A stretch of DNA of 7,690 nucleotides from positions 1 through 7,690 of the forward strand of contig CAZQQS010000023.1 in assembly GCA_964595665.1 (NCBI GenBank), read 5' to 3'. Made by a program: the position numbers and the translations under genes. The stretch is from an uncultured archaeon (GTDB lineage Archaea > Iainarchaeota > Iainarchaeia > Iainarchaeales > 0-14-0-20-30-16). The notes beneath the pieces were generated by a model. It was given only the letters and a program-made list of their open reading frames with translations. It was not told the DNA's origin and searched no databases. Below are positions 6,401 through 7,690 of the stretch, one piece after another; positions within the stretch are counted from its first letter, which is position 1; each line of letters begins with the position of its first letter.

Positions 6401-6439
6401 AAAAAGTTGTCCCCCTTTTTAAGGGTTTTTAAACTTTTT
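6401..6439. repeat. An imperfect 39-bp palindrome with an outer stem AAAAAGTT/AACTTTTT and an inner stem CCCTT-TTT-AAGGG. It contains the only G/C cluster in the spacer and is followed by T5 and T8 runs on the plus strand.
   Basis: Outer arms are 6401-6408 and 6432-6439. Inner arms are 6413-6417 and 6421-6425. Its function is unknown: it could be an insulator/terminator-like element or a protein-binding site. Confidence 0.3.
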
Positions 6440-6471
6440 TTTAAAGTATAGGCATATAAATATTATTGCTC

Positions 6472-6480
6472 TATATATAA
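6472..6480 (+). promoter_or_regulatory. Candidate TATA box (TATATATAA) for mbf1, flanked by the short inverted repeat CTCT...AGAG.
   Basis: It is centred about 43 nt upstream of the ATG at 6519. This would give a TSS near 6500 and a short 5' UTR carrying the SD. A second candidate, ATATAAATA, lies at 6454-6462. Confidence 0.4.
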
Positions 6481-6507
6481 GAGAGATACAAAAAAGCTAT
6501 TTATTTT

Positions 6508-6515
6508 GAGGTGAT
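6508..6515 (+). promoter_or_regulatory. Shine-Dalgarno GAGGTGAT for mbf1, with a 3-nt spacer.
   Basis: The sequence is TTTTGAGGTGATTACATGCAA. Confidence 0.7.
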
Positions 6516-6518
6516 TAC

Positions 6519-7139
6519 ATGCAATGTGATATATGTGGAAAGGAAACTGGTGTATTCTTGACTGAGATGGAGGGTGCAAGGATATATGTATGTCGAACAT
6601 GTAATCCAAAAGGTGAGGGTAGAATTGCTAGAACCCCAAGAACTGATTTTAAACCAAGAACTAATTTTGCTCCAAGAACAGCTCCAAGATTACCAAAAGA
6701 TTATCAAGATCCTTTTGATTTAACAAATTATGAATTAGTAGAAGATTATACAAAAAAGATTATTGCTTTGAGAGAGGAAAAAAAATTAACTATTGAAGAT
6801 TTTGCTAAATCTGTATATATTCCTGTTTCTTATATGCATAAAGTAGAACAAGGAAAATTAAAACCGAGTTCAAGATTATTATTAAAAATTTATGAAAAAT
6901 ATGGTTTATTATTAATTGATAAAATGCCAGAAGTTGCTAAGCCTATTTTCAGAAAACACGCTGCTAAACCAGATTTTAGAAAAGAATATGGTAAAAAGAA
7001 TTTCAGAAAAGACTTTAACACAAATGAAGAAAAAAGAGAAAGATTTGAAGGTTCAAAAGTAATTTATAAACCAGAAGATGTTAAAGAAAAAGAATTGGTT
7101 ACAGAAGAATATAATAATAAAAAGAAAATAGTTTTGTGA
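6519..7139 (+). CDS. mbf1: Archaeal multiprotein-bridging-factor-1-like protein (aMBF1): an N-terminal C4 zinc ribbon plus a Cro/C1-type HTH, with an atypical repeat-containing linker and a tail of about 70 aa, Lys/Arg/Glu-rich. 206 aa.
   Basis: - MQCDICGKE...EGARIYVCRTCNPKG matches the aMBF1 zinc-ribbon pattern (Cys3, 6, 25, 28).
- ELVEDYTKKIIALREEKKLTIEDFAKSVYIPVSYMHKVEQGKLKPSSRLLLKIYEKYGLLLID matches the MBF1 HTH pattern (LVEDY...IR.ARE..GLS.E.LA......S.I..IE.G...P.......LE..L.I.L). Confidence 0.85.
   Translation: MQCDICGKETGVFLTEMEGARIYVCRTCNPKGEGRIARTPRTDFKPRTNFAPRTAPRLPKDYQDPFDLTNYELVEDYTKKIIALREEKKLTIEDFAKSVYIPVSYMHKVEQGKLKPSSRLLLKIYEKYGLLLIDKMPEVAKPIFRKHAAKPDFRKEYGKKNFRKDFNTNEEKRERFEGSKVIYKPEDVKEKELVTEEYNNKKKIVL
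6636..6695 (+). repeat. In-frame degenerate tandem repeat in the mbf1 linker: CCAAGAAC at an 18-nt period, three copies, plus a fourth shortened unit. It encodes PRTDFK-PRTNFA-PRTA-PRLP.
   Basis: CCAAGAAC occurs at 6636, 6654 and 6672, and CCAAGAT at 6684. Units 1 and 2 also share (G/A)ATTTT after the core. Confidence 0.8.
6948..7028 (+). repeat. In-frame 27-nt (9-aa) degenerate tandem repeat, three copies, in the mbf1 C-terminal tail: FRKHAAKPD-FRKEYGKKN-FRKDFNTNE.
   Basis: TT(C/T)AGAAAA occurs at exactly 6948, 6975 and 7002. Confidence 0.75.
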
Positions 7140-7143
7140 TTTT

Positions 7144-7690
7144 ATGAATTTTGCATTTTGGGTAATTTTAATCGTTGTTTCAATTTTATTTACCTATTTA
7201 ATGAAATATTTGTTTAAAGCAAAAACTTATTTTATTATTTCTATGTTAAGAAGTGAAGAATCTGCAAACATTTTAGATAAATTTAGACAAAATAAATTTT
7301 GGTTATGGATGTCTAAATTTGGAATATTCTTAGGTTTTGGATTTTTAGGAATCTTATATTGGTATTGGGAAGATTTAAGATACAAAAAAAAGAAAACTGT
7401 TTATTTATCTATAATATTTTATTCTCTAATTTTATTAGTAATAGGATTCATTGTTGGAAGTTTTGGATTAATGACTAATACTATTTTAAAATATGCAATT
7501 AATATTACAGTATTTTTCTTTTTAGGATTTGCTGGATTTGGTTTGAGTTTAATTTTACAATCTTCACTTTTAATTTTGAAAGCTTATCTTTTGGGAAGAG
7601 AAACCTGCCCTGGTGTTGCTCCAGTAATACCTGGAATAACAGTTCCGGGAACTGATTTCAAAATTCCTTTTTTTGAAGGTTGGATTGCAT
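7144..7690 (+). CDS. Polytopic membrane protein, N-terminal 182 codons (the ORF continues beyond the window). It is probably an M50 family site-2-protease-like metalloprotease.
   Basis: The frame is open from the ATG at 7144 to the window end; I checked it codon by codon and found no stop. It is not in the supplied track because it has no stop in the window. There are four clear hydrophobic helices (FAFWVILIVVSILFTYL, FGIFLGFGFLGILYWYW, VYLSIIFYSLILLVIGFIVGSFGL, ITVFFFLGFAGFGLSLILQSSLLIL). The final PGVAPVIPGITVPGTDFKIPFFEGWIA resembles the G-V-A-x-x-I-P-G-(I/V)-x-P...G-(L/W)-I-A segment that precedes the HExxH helix in archaeal M50 proteases, as far as I remember it. The HExxH itself would lie just past the window. 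A GTGAT SD remnant sits 3 nt before the ATG. Confidence 0.6.
   Translation, partial: MNFAFWVILIVVSILFTYLMKYLFKAKTYFIISMLRSEESANILDKFRQNKFWLWMSKFGIFLGFGFLGILYWYWEDLRYKKKKTVYLSIIFYSLILLVIGFIVGSFGLMTNTILKYAINITVFFFLGFAGFGLSLILQSSLLILKAYLLGRETCPGVAPVIPGITVPGTDFKIPFFEGWIA

Noticed and set aside
1-7690. A search for CRISPR arrays, tRNA/rRNA genes, transposase or integrase remnants, terminal inverted repeats and toxin-antitoxin-sized gene pairs.
   Set aside because: - There are no regularly spaced direct repeats.
- No GC-rich, structured-RNA-like island is visible in any spacer; tRNAs would stand out in DNA this AT-rich.
- There are no recombinase-like ORFs, and all long ORFs are accounted for.

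I cannot run covariance models, so very small ncRNAs are not excluded.

Overview
This is a strongly AT-rich window that reads as a compact archaeal housekeeping locus. I did not find an obvious mobile, defence or CRISPR system. There are seven coding regions with very short spacers.

- **(1) 61-654 (+):** an uncharacterised 197-aa alpha/beta-type protein with a Lys-rich tail.
- **(2) 659-1375 (+):** a miniaturised endonuclease-IV-like / xylose-isomerase-like TIM-barrel protein, starting 4 nt after gene 1.
- **(3) 1421-3331 (-):** DNA gyrase subunit B.
- **(4) 3324-5801 (-):** DNA gyrase subunit A. It lies upstream of gyrB and overlaps it by 8 nt, so the order is gyrA->gyrB, the reverse of the usual gyrB->gyrA.
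- **(5) 5956-6324 (-):** a pyruvoyl-dependent SpeH-type S-adenosylmethionine decarboxylase proenzyme.
- **(6) 6519-7139 (+):** an archaeal-type MBF1 (N-terminal C4 zinc ribbon plus HTH). It carries two internal short tandem repeats and an unusually long basic C-terminal tail.
- **(7) 7144->7690 (+, runs off the window and is absent from the ORF track):** a polytopic membrane protein whose last visible residues look like the lead-in to the HExxH helix of an M50 site-2 protease.

The zinc-ribbon MBF1 marks the organism as archaeal. That marker, together with bacterial-type gyrase, very low GC and shortened proteins, suggests (inference only) a small-genome archaeon, possibly DPANN-like. All three stop codons are used as stops, so the genetic code is standard.

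Six of the seven genes carry a GGAGGTGAT-like Shine-Dalgarno 3-5 nt before the start. gyrA and speH start with TTG, and gene 1 looks leaderless.

Two GC-containing hairpins hold a stop codon in their loop and are followed by T-tracts. They look like intrinsic terminators, and one is bidirectional between convergent genes.

The least-explained content is the ORF1/ORF2 pair, the decorated MBF1 coupled to the membrane protease, and an alternating-TA tract in front of the gyrase operon. I regard all of these as modest leads rather than a demonstrated novel system.
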